Part shown: in pieces, positions 18,335 through 26,230 of the stretch
Position numbering within the stretch: position 1 is the first letter of the stretch
How the letters are laid out: each line of letters begins with the position of its first letter
DNA from: Candidatus Latescibacterota bacterium
GTDB lineage: Bacteria; Latescibacterota; UBA2968; UBA8231
Length of the DNA stretch: 64,000 bases
Reading direction: 5' to 3'
NCBI GenBank assembly: GCA_965221775.1
Contig: CBDCSU010000005.1
Coordinates: 640,001-704,000, forward strand
Notes under the pieces: model-generated
Told to the model about the DNA's origin: nothing
Seen by the model: only the letters and a program-made list of their open reading frames with translations
Database searches by the model: none
Made by a program: the position numbers and the translations under genes

Positions 18335-19473
18335 AGATCACCCAGGTTGAGGCAATCCCCTTCGCCAGCTTCCTCTACGTCAGGATCGATACCGACGAGG
18401 GCGTGCACGGCATCGGCGAGGCCAGCCTCAGCGGCCGCAACCGGGCCGTGGCCGCCGCCTTCGATCACATCACCCCCCTGCTGATCGGCCAGGACGCCAC
18501 CCGGATCGAGTTCATCTGGCAGGACCTGTTCCGCGGCACCTTCTGGCGCGGCGGCCCGGTGCTGCAGTCGGCCCTGGCCGGCGTCGACCTGGCGCTGTGG
18601 GACCTCAACGGCAAGGCCCTCGGCGTGCCGGCGTACCGCCTCCTCGGCGGCCTCGCCCGCGACAAGGTCCTCCTCTACCGGCACGTCGGCGGCGCCACGC
18701 CGGAAGGGCTGGTCGAGAGCTCCCGGGCCCTGCTCGACGACGGCTGGAAGGTGCTGCGCATCTCGCCGATCGTCGCCGGCCGCGGCATCGACCACCGGGC
18801 GGACGTCGGTTTCGACCCGCGCCGCGCGATCCTCAACGGCGTCGCTCACATGACCGCCCTGCGCGAGGCCGTCGGGCCGGAGGTGGAGATCATCTTCGAG
18901 GTCCACACGCGGCTGTCGCCGGCGCGCGCCGTCGAGTTGTGCCGGCAACTGGAGGACCTGCGTCCGTTCTTCGTGGAGGACCCGATCCGCTCGGAGAACC
19001 CCGGCGCCTTCCGCACCCTGCGTGAGCACACCTCGGTACCGATCGGCACCGGCGAGCAGCTGCACGACAAGTGGGCCTACCGAGAGCTGATCGAGGGCGA
19101 GCTGATCGACTACCTGCGCGTCGACATCTGCCACACCGGCGGCATCACCGAGGGCCGCAAGCTGGCCCACATGGCCGAGGTCCACTACCAGGAGCTGGCC
19201 ACCCACTACACCTCGAGCCCGGTGAGCTCGGCGGCGATGCTGCACCTGAACCTGTCGATCGCCAACTGCGCCGTGCAGGAGTTCGCGCCGCCCTCGGCGG
19301 CCATGAACGAAGTGGTGGACCACGATCTGCGCGTCGAGGACGGGTACCTGCTGGCCTCGGACCGGCCGGGCCTGGGGATCGACCTGGACGTGGAGGCGGC
19401 CCGGCGGCTCGGCACCGACGATCACGAGCCGCCGCATCTGCGCCGGCCGGACGGGGCCGTGCAGGACTGGTAG
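18331..19473 (+). CDS. Mandelate racemase/enolase-superfamily sugar-acid dehydratase (galactonate dehydratase-like)
   Basis: MKITQVE, TDEGVHGIGE, GTFWRGGPV, DLALWDLNGK, EVH, FVEDP, GTGE, PGLGID, DGAVQDW. Confidence 0.9.
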   Translation: MKITQVEAIPFASFLYVRIDTDEGVHGIGEASLSGRNRAVAAAFDHITPLLIGQDATRIEFIWQDLFRGTFWRGGPVLQSALAGVDLALWDLNGKALGVPAYRLLGGLARDKVLLYRHVGGATPEGLVESSRALLDDGWKVLRISPIVAGRGIDHRADVGFDPRRAILNGVAHMTALREAVGPEVEIIFEVHTRLSPARAVELCRQLEDLRPFFVEDPIRSENPGAFRTLREHTSVPIGTGEQLHDKWAYRELIEGELIDYLRVDICHTGGITEGRKLAHMAEVHYQELATHYTSSPVSSAAMLHLNLSIANCAVQEFAPPSAAMNEVVDHDLRVEDGYLLASDRPGLGIDLDVEAARRLGTDDHEPPHLRRPDGAVQDW

Positions 19474-19493
19474 TGCTGGGCGGGCTCCCGGCG

Positions 19494-19582
19494 CTATGCG
19501 CGTCGATGCCGTCGGCGCCGGTCTGCGCGGCGGAGCGCAGGTAGCCGTCGGAGAGATCGCGCTGGCGGAGGAGGACCTTCAT
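19494..19582 (-). pseudogene. 5' remnant of a gene resembling a mannonate dehydratase (UxuA-like) N-terminus
   Basis: GGGAGG RBS, then MKVLLRQRDLSDGYLRSAAQTGADGIDAH; coding-like sequence is lost after about 29 codons. Confidence 0.45.
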
Positions 19583-19780
19583 CGACGGGAGCCTCCCGTG
19601 GCGCCCGGGGGCCGGCTACGCGGAGAAGCCGCGGAACCCCGCTGCGTAGCCGGCGAGCACGGCGTCGGAGAGCTCGCGCTGACGTCCGAGGACCCCCATC
19701 GGTGGGACCTTCCCAGGCGCGGGCGGGCTATGCGGAGAAACCGCGGAAGCCCGCGGCGTAGTTGGCGAGCACGGCGTCGG
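19546..19780. repeat. Diverged tandem duplication (about 112-117 bp) spanning the isomerase stop codon and the next start
   Basis: 19616-19668 vs 19728-19780: 47/53 identical. CGTCGG lies at 19546, 19663 and 19775. Confidence 0.85.
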
Positions 19781-20534
19781 GGTCGTGATCGCTGCCGGGG
19801 GCGTGGATCACCTCCACGGAGAACCAGCCGTCGTAGCCCGCGGCCTCCAGCAGGCGCACCGGCGTTGCGTGATCGATGACGCCGTCGCCGAGGGCGCAGA
19901 CCTGCATGCGGCCGTCCACGTAGCGGCCGTCGTGGGCGTGGAGGTGGCGGGTCAGCGGGCCGAGCGTCCGGAAGGACTCCTCCGGCGTCTCCATCATGCG
20001 CTGGGTGTGCATCGCGTCCCACAGGACCTGCACGGCCGGGTGGTCCACGGCCTCGATGACGGCCCGCACCGGCGCCGAGCAGCACCAGTCGTCGTGGGTC
20101 TCCATCAGCACCGTGACCCCCGCCGCCCCGGCCTCGCCCGCCACCTGGCGGTAGCCCTCGGCGGTGTGCTCCACCGCGGCGGCCAGCTCCCCCGCGTGGC
20201 CCCGGGAGCCGCCGAAGGTGCGCAGGAGCCCGCAGCCGAGGTCGGTCGCCAGCTCGATGTAGCGGCGCACATCCTCCACGTGGCCCGCCCGCTCCGGCTC
20301 CGCCACGGCCATGCGCGCGCCGGTGGCGATGCAGCAGATCTCCAGCCCCTCGTCGGCGAAGCGGCGCCTCACCTCGGCGCGTTCCGCCTTGGACAGGCCG
20401 GCCTCGATGCCGCTGGCGTGGCCCCACTCGACTCGCGGCTCCAGGCCCTTGTACCCGTGCCGCTTCATGCCGGCCACGACCTCGTACAGGCGCCAGTCGG
20501 GGCAGACGCTGGTCATCGTCGCAAGGTCGGTCAT
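19728..20534 (-). CDS. Sugar phosphate isomerase/epimerase (AP_endonuc_2 TIM barrel)
   Basis: GYKGLEPR, LMETHD, LWDAMH, HLHAHD, GDGVID, GYDGWFSVE. Confidence 0.88.
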   Translation of the reverse strand: MTDLATMTSVCPDWRLYEVVAGMKRHGYKGLEPRVEWGHASGIEAGLSKAERAEVRRRFADEGLEICCIATGARMAVAEPERAGHVEDVRRYIELATDLGCGLLRTFGGSRGHAGELAAAVEHTAEGYRQVAGEAGAAGVTVLMETHDDWCCSAPVRAVIEAVDHPAVQVLWDAMHTQRMMETPEESFRTLGPLTRHLHAHDGRYVDGRMQVCALGDGVIDHATPVRLLEAAGYDGWFSVEVIHAPGSDHDPDAVLANYAAGFRGFSA

Positions 20535-20799
20535 CTGTCTCCTCTCAGTTGGGGTTCCGGGCGCGAGCATACGCGCCGTCGTTTCAGCGGGAGCAATCTA
20601 AGGAGCGGCGCGGATCGCCGGCTACGTGGCGCGCCGGGCGGGCGCCCCGGGCGGCTGGCGGGAACTCCCCTCAGGCATGGGCCAGGAGTTCGGCACCGCG
20701 CGGCCGCGGCCCCTGCGAGCCACGGCGGCACCTCCCTTCAGGCCGCAAAAGGAGGCTCCGTGCAGATCCGCGGCTCCGGCCCACCTCGGCGGAGCCCCT

Positions 20800-21516
20800 T
20801 CAGGCCTCGGCGAGAAGCCGGGCCCCGTGCTTGCCGCGGCCGACCACGGCGAGGCCGTCCACGGCTCTCAGGCAGTAGGTCATGCGCGCCGCCAGGGCGG
20901 GGCTCAGGCCCGCGGCCTCGGCCAGGGCCCGGTTGGTGAAGGGGCGGGGCAGTTCTGCGGCGGAAGGAAGCAGCGCCAGCAGGCGGGCCGGCGTCGACAG
21001 GTCGCAGCGGCGCACCACCTTCAGCAGGCGGCGGTCCGTGCGCCGCCACTCCGGGTGGCGCCAGGAGCCGCGGCCGTCGTGGCAGCGGACCTCCTCCTCC
21101 TGGATCAGCAGAACCTCCAAGGCGAAGCCGGGGCGCGCCGGCAGGTCGGGGATGCTCACCAGCTCGTGGAATACGTCTTCCAGGCGGCCGCGCTTCGGGG
21201 ACTTGCGCCGGCCCAGGCGCTCGCCCGCGGCGTCGACGCGCAGGATCCACTTCTCCGCGGCGATGGGGTGCACGAGGCGCACCCGCCGGCGCTCGGTGAG
21301 CCGGCGCAGCTTGGCCTTCAGGGGCGCAAAGCTGCGCGTCTGGATCTCCACCAGCAGGTTGTCGTCGCGCTCGATGTCGACGACGTAGCCTTCGACCCGG
21401 GTCTCCAGGCGGTCCTGGGGACGCGCGTACCAGGACTTGACCGCGGCGTGCAGGGAACGCTCTCGCAGGACGCCGATGTGCGGGGGTGCCGGCAATCCAC
21501 CTCCGGGACGGGACAA
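20800..21516 (-). CDS. Conserved hypothetical protein, probable PD-(D/E)XK-like fold
   Basis: IGVLRERSLHAAVKSWY...YVVDI...LVEIQT pattern. Confidence 0.6.
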   Translation of the reverse strand: MSRPGGGLPAPPHIGVLRERSLHAAVKSWYARPQDRLETRVEGYVVDIERDDNLLVEIQTRSFAPLKAKLRRLTERRRVRLVHPIAAEKWILRVDAAGERLGRRKSPKRGRLEDVFHELVSIPDLPARPGFALEVLLIQEEEVRCHDGRGSWRHPEWRRTDRRLLKVVRRCDLSTPARLLALLPSAAELPRPFTNRALAEAAGLSPALAARMTYCLRAVDGLAVVGRGKHGARLLAEA

Positions 21517-21754
21517 CCGTCCTGTGGATGGACGCGGGGAGAGGGAGGCCGGGCCGCGGCGGGGGTGCGCGGCGAACGGCGAGAGTGGAGGATCCGCCGC
21601 CCGGCTGCCGACCGAAGATAGGGCGGCGGCGCCGGGAACGCCGCGGGACAGGGATCGCCGCAGGTACTGCGCTCTCCCTCTCCACCTGCAGGCCGATGCC
21701 GGTGAACCCCGAGGCCGGCGACCCGGACTGCTGCCTGCGAGGAAGCGCCGCCGC

Positions 21755-22480
21755 CTACCCCGGACCCGGCGCGCCCCCCGGAGCGGCCAAGGCCCCCATG
21801 GCCGTCCAGATGAGCCAGGGCGCCAGCACCACGGCCAGGGCCCGCCCCCGCGGCGCCCCGGTGACCACGGCCATGCCGATTCCGAGGAGGATGGCCTGCC
21901 ACAGATCGAAGAGGTTCAGGCCCATCAGGAACCGCCCCGCGAAGCTCTCTTCCGCCCCGTCCGGCAGCAGGAAGCCGGCGTGGAAGACCGCCGGACTGGT
22001 GAACGGCACCAGGGGCGGACAGGCGCCGATGCGCACCAGCAGCGTCAGCAGGAACCACTGGGGCACGCACACGACGGAGGCGTAGCTCTTGATGGCCAGC
22101 ATCTGCCGCAGACCGGCCTCCGAGCGCAGGACCCACCGCGCCAGGCCGACCAGGACCAGGGCGGCGGCGGCCAGACTGGAGAACCGGGCCACCAGGGGAG
22201 AGCTGATCCAGCCGTGGGTGCGCCACTGCTGGTTGCGGAGGGTGGTGGACTCCCTCTCCTTCTCGTCGAGCTGCTCCCACCCCTCGATCGCCGCCGGCTC
22301 CTCGGGCGCCGCCAGGGACAGGGTCGCCAGGTTGTGGGCCGCCCAGACGCCGGCGCCCAGGGCCACCGGCAGCACCCAGTCGGTCCACTTCCCGCCATCG
22401 GCGACGGCCTCGAAGGCGAGCCGGGGCGCGCGAAAGACGGCGATCAGGCGCTCGCCCATGCCGGTCTGCTCGATCGTCAT
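21755..22480 (-). CDS. Yip1-family membrane protein
   Basis: LIAVFRAPRLAFEAV N-terminus, about 5 TM segments, LNLFDLWQAILLGIG; start overlaps the upstream stop (ATGA). Confidence 0.75.
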   Translation of the reverse strand: MTIEQTGMGERLIAVFRAPRLAFEAVADGGKWTDWVLPVALGAGVWAAHNLATLSLAAPEEPAAIEGWEQLDEKERESTTLRNQQWRTHGWISSPLVARFSSLAAAALVLVGLARWVLRSEAGLRQMLAIKSYASVVCVPQWFLLTLLVRIGACPPLVPFTSPAVFHAGFLLPDGAEESFAGRFLMGLNLFDLWQAILLGIGMAVVTGAPRGRALAVVLAPWLIWTAMGALAAPGGAPGPG

Positions 22481-23304
22481 TCCCAGGCCTCCGGCCACGA
22501 CCGGAAGAGCTGCCGCTGCTCCTCCGACCAGCGGGCCCGGGTGGCCTTCGTGACGAAGGGGGGCTCGTCCATGGTGGCCATGTTCTGGGACGGCATCCAG
22601 TAGGGTCCGTAGCCGACGTGGATCGTCTTGCGCACCCGGTCGGAGCGGTTGGTCCGCCCCCCGTGGCGCAGGGCCTCGGTGAAGAAGATCCCCCAGCCCG
22701 CCTTCACCTCCAGCGCCACCGTCCCCGGCTCGGTGTCGGGATCGTTGCCGTAGGGGGACGGCAGGTTGGACTTGTGGGTGCCGGGGACCACGGTGAAGGC
22801 GCCGCCCTCGGCGTCGTTGTCGTGGAGGAAGTAGATCATGCGCACCATCATGCAGTCGATGCGCTCGGAGGCGAAGTTGTAGCGGTACTTCTGGTCCTCG
22901 CCGCGGCTGCCGCCGTGATGGGGGCTGGCGTTGCCCCTGTAGCGGATGCGGATCTCCGAGTTGTTCACCGTCGGCCGCTGCATCACCGCGGCGCCCACGT
23001 ACTCCAGGGTGCGCTCGTGCCCCACGAGCACGTCGAAGGCCTCGTCGGCGTTCCAGAAGTCCTCGATGATCAGCGTCTGGCCCTCGGCCCGCTCGCCCTG
23101 CACGTGATAGCCCAGGTCCTCGTCGGCATGGTACTCCGCCCCCCAGGCCGACTTCTTGCGCGGCGGCTTGTCCACCCGGGCGGCGGCGTGCTCCTCCAGG
23201 CGGTCGACGGCCGCCTTCAGCGACGCCACCTCGCCGGCGGTGAGCATCTCCTCGATGACGACGTAGCCGTTGCGGTCGAACTCGTAGCGCTCCTCCTCGT
23301 TCAT
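22477..23304 (-). CDS. PhyH family Fe(II)/2OG enzyme with an HxG iron site (candidate halogenase)
   Basis: MNEEERYEFDRNGYVVIE, PHHGG in place of HxD, PGTHK, FTEALRHG, RKT. Confidence 0.85.
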   Translation of the reverse strand: MNEEERYEFDRNGYVVIEEMLTAGEVASLKAAVDRLEEHAAARVDKPPRKKSAWGAEYHADEDLGYHVQGERAEGQTLIIEDFWNADEAFDVLVGHERTLEYVGAAVMQRPTVNNSEIRIRYRGNASPHHGGSRGEDQKYRYNFASERIDCMMVRMIYFLHDNDAEGGAFTVVPGTHKSNLPSPYGNDPDTEPGTVALEVKAGWGIFFTEALRHGGRTNRSDRVRKTIHVGYGPYWMPSQNMATMDEPPFVTKATRARWSEEQRQLFRSWPEAWE

Positions 23305-23406
23305 CCTCTCCCTCCTCTGGCGGGAACGGGGTCAAGGGTAAGGAATGAGCCCCCGCCGCGCCGGTCCGCCAGCGCCGGCCGCCCCCCGGCTCCCGGCCCC
23401 GCGGCG

Positions 23407-23435
23407 TTGACATTGTCGGACCGGGTGGCTAGCTT
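23407..23435 (+). promoter_or_regulatory. Sigma70-type promoter of tRNA-Glu
   Basis: TTGACA (23407-23412)-N17-TAGCTT (23430-23435), about 35 nt upstream of the tRNA. Confidence 0.7.
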
Positions 23436-23469
23436 TTTTCGTCCTCGGCAGGATGGTTCAACCGACTGT

Positions 23470-23545
23470 GGCCCCTTCGTCTAGAGGCCTAGGACGCCGG
23501 CCTCTCACGCCGGTAACACGGGTTCGAATCCCGTAGGGGCTACCA
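23470..23545 (+). tRNA. tRNA-Glu (anticodon CTC)
   Basis: Acceptor GGCCCCT/AGGGGCT, anticodon arm CCGGC-CTCTCAC-GCCGG, T arm ACGGG-TTCGAAT-CCCGT, encoded CCA; 76 nt. Confidence 0.97.
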
Positions 23546-23554
23546 CTTCTCTCC

Positions 23555-23992
23555 ATGACAGCCACGACGCGCAGACGGCCCGCGGTCTTCGACAGACCCC
23601 GGGCCGCTTGTCTTTGCGGCTCCCTCCTCGTCGCCGCGGCGCTGCTGTGGCTGCCGGTCCACCGTGCCGGCGCCACGGCCGAGAGCCTCGCGGCAGAGGC
23701 GGTGCAACCCGTAGCGGCGGAGACCGGTGACGTGGACAGCAGCACCGTGGTGGCGGACTCCCTGAAGGCCGGTGCCATCGACAGCGCCGCGGTGCAGGCT
23801 GGTGCCGTCGACGCGGACACCCTGGCCGCGGCAACCCGAGGGGTGGGATTCCGGCCGTCCTTCCCGGCCAGGGGGCTCCGGCTGGACGGCTCGACGGGCA
23901 TCCTGCGGGACGTGGACCTGCGGCGCTGGCGCATGACGTTCTTCCAGGTTGCCGAGCCAAGGGTCGAACCTGAGCGGCAGGGCAGCGAGTGA
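23555..23992 (+). CDS. Hypothetical secreted protein, possibly truncated
   Basis: Signal-like hydrophobic stretch, then repeated G(D/A)(V/I)D(S/A) motifs. Confidence 0.45.
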   Translation: MTATTRRRPAVFDRPRAACLCGSLLVAAALLWLPVHRAGATAESLAAEAVQPVAAETGDVDSSTVVADSLKAGAIDSAAVQAGAVDADTLAAATRGVGFRPSFPARGLRLDGSTGILRDVDLRRWRMTFFQVAEPRVEPERQGSE

Positions 23993-24209
23993 ATCTCCCG
24001 CCAACGGTCGCCCGCAGTTGACCCGGGAGCGCCCTTCCCTTCGCAGGTCCTCCTGCCAGATCCCCGGGGTAGCCTGACAACGGTCGTCGCGCGGCGATTC
24101 CGAGATCTTCCACTTCTCCTGCCACTCCCCGCGAGCCCCTTGGGTGAGCGAGGCGAACCGTCTTGACAAGGCCGCAGCGAACCCCCTGTTCCAGAGCAAG
24201 GCGGAAGCA

Positions 24210-24509
24210 ATGAACCCACAGGTCTCCCTGTCCAAAGCTGCGCTTACTGCTTTCTGCAGGAAGAGTGGCATCAAGCGGCTCTCCATCTTCGGCTCGGCCC
24301 TGCGAGAGGACTTCGGCCCCGAGAGCGACATAGATGTGCTCGTCGAGTTCGAGCCCGGCCGCATTCCCGGACTGCTGGGAATCGCGGGCATGGAGCTGGC
24401 GCTGTCCGAACTCTTCGGAGGCCGCAAGGTCGATCTCAGAACGGCCGAGGATCTGAGTCCGTACTTCCGACAGGACGTCCTGGCCGCGGCGGAAGTCGAT
24501 GAACATTGA
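24210..24509 (+). CDS. Minimal nucleotidyltransferase (MNT/MntA-like)
   Basis: IFGSALREDFGPESDIDVLVEF (GS...DxD), GRKVDL. Confidence 0.9.
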   Translation: MNPQVSLSKAALTAFCRKSGIKRLSIFGSALREDFGPESDIDVLVEFEPGRIPGLLGIAGMELALSELFGGRKVDLRTAEDLSPYFRQDVLAAAEVDEH

Positions 24510-25905
24510 CCACATCACAACTCTCGCCGCCTCCGGCGAGTCCGAGACCCTGGAGTTCAAGGAGACGACCGGCACCCGCCGGGAGGCGGCCATGACGGTG
24601 TGCGCCTTTCTGAACCAGCGTGGTGGTCAGGTGATGTTCGGCGTGACCCAGGATGGGACTGTGGCCGGGCAACAGGTCAGCGAGCGCACCATCGAAGAGT
24701 TGAGTGCTGAACTCCGGCGAATCGATCCCCCGGCGTTTCCGGCGGTGGAACGGGTCTCCGTGGACGGCGGTGGTGAAGTCATCATGGTCAACACCGGCCA
24801 AGGGGCATCAGGGCCGTACACGTACCGAGGCAAAGCCTACCGCCGGGTCGGGAACACCACACTCGCAATGGCGGCCCAAGAGTACAACCAAGTGCTCTTC
24901 GAGCGGATGCACAGTGAGCAACGCTGGGAGAACCAGCCGGCCGCAGGGTGGTCCATAGACGACCTCGACGAAGCGGAAATTCGGCGGACGGTCGCTGAGG
25001 CGGTCCGGCGCGGGCGTCTCGAAGAGCCTGTAGGCGGAGAGCCAACCGACATGCTGAGGGGCCTCGGCCTTCTGCGCGACGGCGCGCTGTTGCGGGCGGC
25101 GGCGGTGCTGTTCGGCAGCACGGAGCGGTTGGAGTTCGAGATGCCGCAGTGCCTGCTCCGGGTCGCCCGCTTCCGGGGACTCGACCGGATGGAGTTCCTG
25201 GACAACCGCCAATTCAACGGCAACGCTTTCGCGCTTCTCGTCAACGCCGAGCGCTTCCTGCGCGACACCCTGCCCATAGCCGGCAGGTTCGAGCAGGACC
25301 GCTTCGAGCGAATCGACGAGCCCCTGTATCCGCCTCTGGCCACGCGCGAGGCGCTGGCAAACGCCCTGTGCCATCGCGACTACTCCATCGGCGGCGGCTC
25401 CGTTGGCGTAGCGGTCTACGACGACCGCCTGGAGGTGACATCCTCCGGTTCCCTGCACTTCGGCCTGACGCCGGAGAAGCTGTTCGCCCCGCACGAATCG
25501 CGGCCATGGAATCCGCTGATCGCCCGCACCTTCTACCGGCGCGGGATCATCGAGGAGTGGGGAAGCGGGACCCTGAAGATGGCGGAGATGGCCAGCAGCG
25601 CCGGCCTTCCGGTGCTGGAGATAGACGATGACGGGGGAGCCGTCACCGTGCGATTCCGACATAGCCTGTTTGTGCGCCAGCCAGAGGGCAGCGAGGTCAG
25701 TCCTGCCAAGAGGCGGGAGATGATACTTGCCCTGCTGGATGACGCGGCAGAGGGCTTGACGCGCCGCGAGATTCATGCACGTCTGCGTCCCGGGGTGAGC
25801 GAACGTCAGGTGCGAACGACGCTGGAGGAGTTGAGAGACGGGGGACTGGTCACGTCCAAGGCTCGCGGACCGTTGACGCGATGGTGCGCGATAGGTGCGA
25901 GATAG
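24499..25905 (+). CDS. AlbA_2 (Schlafen-like) + HATPase_c_4 (RecG C-terminal-like) + wHTH protein
   Basis: ESETLEFKE...CAFLNQRGGQVMFGV; REALANALCHRDY, DDRLEV, SRPWNPLIA, IEEWGSG; C-terminal HTH. Confidence 0.88.
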   Translation: MNIDHITTLAASGESETLEFKETTGTRREAAMTVCAFLNQRGGQVMFGVTQDGTVAGQQVSERTIEELSAELRRIDPPAFPAVERVSVDGGGEVIMVNTGQGASGPYTYRGKAYRRVGNTTLAMAAQEYNQVLFERMHSEQRWENQPAAGWSIDDLDEAEIRRTVAEAVRRGRLEEPVGGEPTDMLRGLGLLRDGALLRAAAVLFGSTERLEFEMPQCLLRVARFRGLDRMEFLDNRQFNGNAFALLVNAERFLRDTLPIAGRFEQDRFERIDEPLYPPLATREALANALCHRDYSIGGGSVGVAVYDDRLEVTSSGSLHFGLTPEKLFAPHESRPWNPLIARTFYRRGIIEEWGSGTLKMAEMASSAGLPVLEIDDDGGAVTVRFRHSLFVRQPEGSEVSPAKRREMILALLDDAAEGLTRREIHARLRPGVSERQVRTTLEELRDGGLVTSKARGPLTRWCAIGAR

Positions 25906-26120
25906 GTGCGCGATGGTGCGTGATAGGTGCGAGATAGGTGCGCGATGAGAGCGCCACAGGGGCGGGAAATTGGCGCTATCAAGCAGTACTCAGGGGGCGC
26001 GATAGGGACGACGGGAGCCAATAGGGCGCTATGAATGGTGCATAAGTCCCCCTGGGGGCCTATAGGGGGCTTATAGGGGGCCTATGCTGCACGATACCTG
26101 CGCGATGGGGGGCGAGACAG
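25876..26120. repeat. About 11 bp tandem repeat TGCG(C/A/T)GAT(A)GG, 6-7 good copies followed by degenerate copies
   Basis: Directly visible 25876-25947, spanning the AlbA_2 stop codon; later TATAGGGGGC x2 and other degenerate units. Confidence 0.75.
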
Positions 26121-26230
26121 GGTCAAGCCATGATTGACCTGAGGATCACCGAAGCCGGTTCCGTCCAGTCCCGGAAGTCCGTGTTGCGCCAGCACCAGCC
26201 CGAAGAGCTAATCCCCAGGAGCAAGCCACA

